Source of the DNA: Isurus oxyrinchus
Lineage: Eukaryota
Direction: 5' to 3'
NCBI GenBank assembly: GCA_026770705.1
Contig: JANJGN010000014.1
Location: 126,356,001-126,420,000, forward strand
DNA: 64,000 bases
Numbering within the stretch: position 1 is the stretch's first letter; every line of letters starts with the position of its first letter. The notes beneath the pieces are model-generated. The model was not told where the DNA came from. It searched no databases and saw only the letters and a program-made list of their open reading frames with translations. Of this stretch, positions 63,569-64,000 are shown piece after piece. The position numbers were made by a program, and so were the translations under genes.

Positions 63569-64000
63569 TTAATGGTGATAAAATTAGTTGACAATCTGGA
63601 TTCTTTGTCCAGAGGCAACTGCCAAAAGATGCTTTTAGCATTCAAATTGGTGAGGAGGGAGATTTATTGCTAATTTGGAGAGACATTCATCCACTGAATC
63701 CATCGGGGGTATCACCCACTCTATTGACTTGTTTAATTGTGCCAAGTTACCTGATTCTAATAGACTTTGGTATTGTGAACATTCCAGGACTCCACTTCAT
63801 CTGCCTGGATACTGGGAAGATGACCCCTTGTGTTAGCATGTGTTCAATTTCGGTCTTGACTTTTTTTGAGTGCGTAATGGAACTTTCTAGCTGTGAAGAA
63901 ACATATTGCCATTTCAATTGACATTTAGACTTATGTGATATTCTGCTTTCAGAATTCCTAAGGCTGAAAATAGGGACAGAAGTTCATTCCTCATGAATAT

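Larger units (their letters stand above)
55050..64000. repeat. Tandem array of composite units (Gypsy pol fragment + CR1 tail + three tRNA-Cys-derived genes), continuing past the window end
   Basis: Lead tRNA copies start at 56201, 58678, 60864 and 62173 (spacings 2477, 2186, 1309); the intervening blocks are colinear paralogues. Confidence 0.92.

Noticed and set aside
55050-64000. CRISPR-like or prokaryotic-style repeat system
   Set aside because: Units are kilobase-scale paralogues without unique spacers, and the DNA is vertebrate.

Overview
Repeat-dense vertebrate DNA, most likely from a cartilaginous fish (shark). That assignment is inferred from the transposon families, not proven. No intact host protein-coding gene is recognisable. 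The window holds a decayed Harbinger transposon and five Harbinger-type MITEs, and two Penelope-like element (PLE) families: a young Neptune-type family (one copy with an open 505-codon RT+GIY-YIG frame) and an older Poseidon/Penelope-type family, both with minimal hammerhead-ribozyme motifs. It also holds CR1 and other LINE/SINE copies, two inverted solo LTRs with 4-bp TSDs, and a decayed endogenous retrovirus (LTR-gag-pro-RT). Two structures stand out. (1) A Gypsy 3' end carries, inside its PPT/LTR, about 1 kb of intronless coiled-coil coding DNA resembling nucleoporin TPR plus a UACA/RAI14-like block (50.5-51.5 kb). (2) From about 55 kb to the window end runs a tandem array whose 1.3-2.5 kb unit joins an LTR-less Gypsy pol fragment, a CR1 tail and three tRNA-Cys-derived genes; only the copy at 62173-62244 folds as an intact tRNA-Cys(GCA). 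Boundaries of old repeats are approximate.
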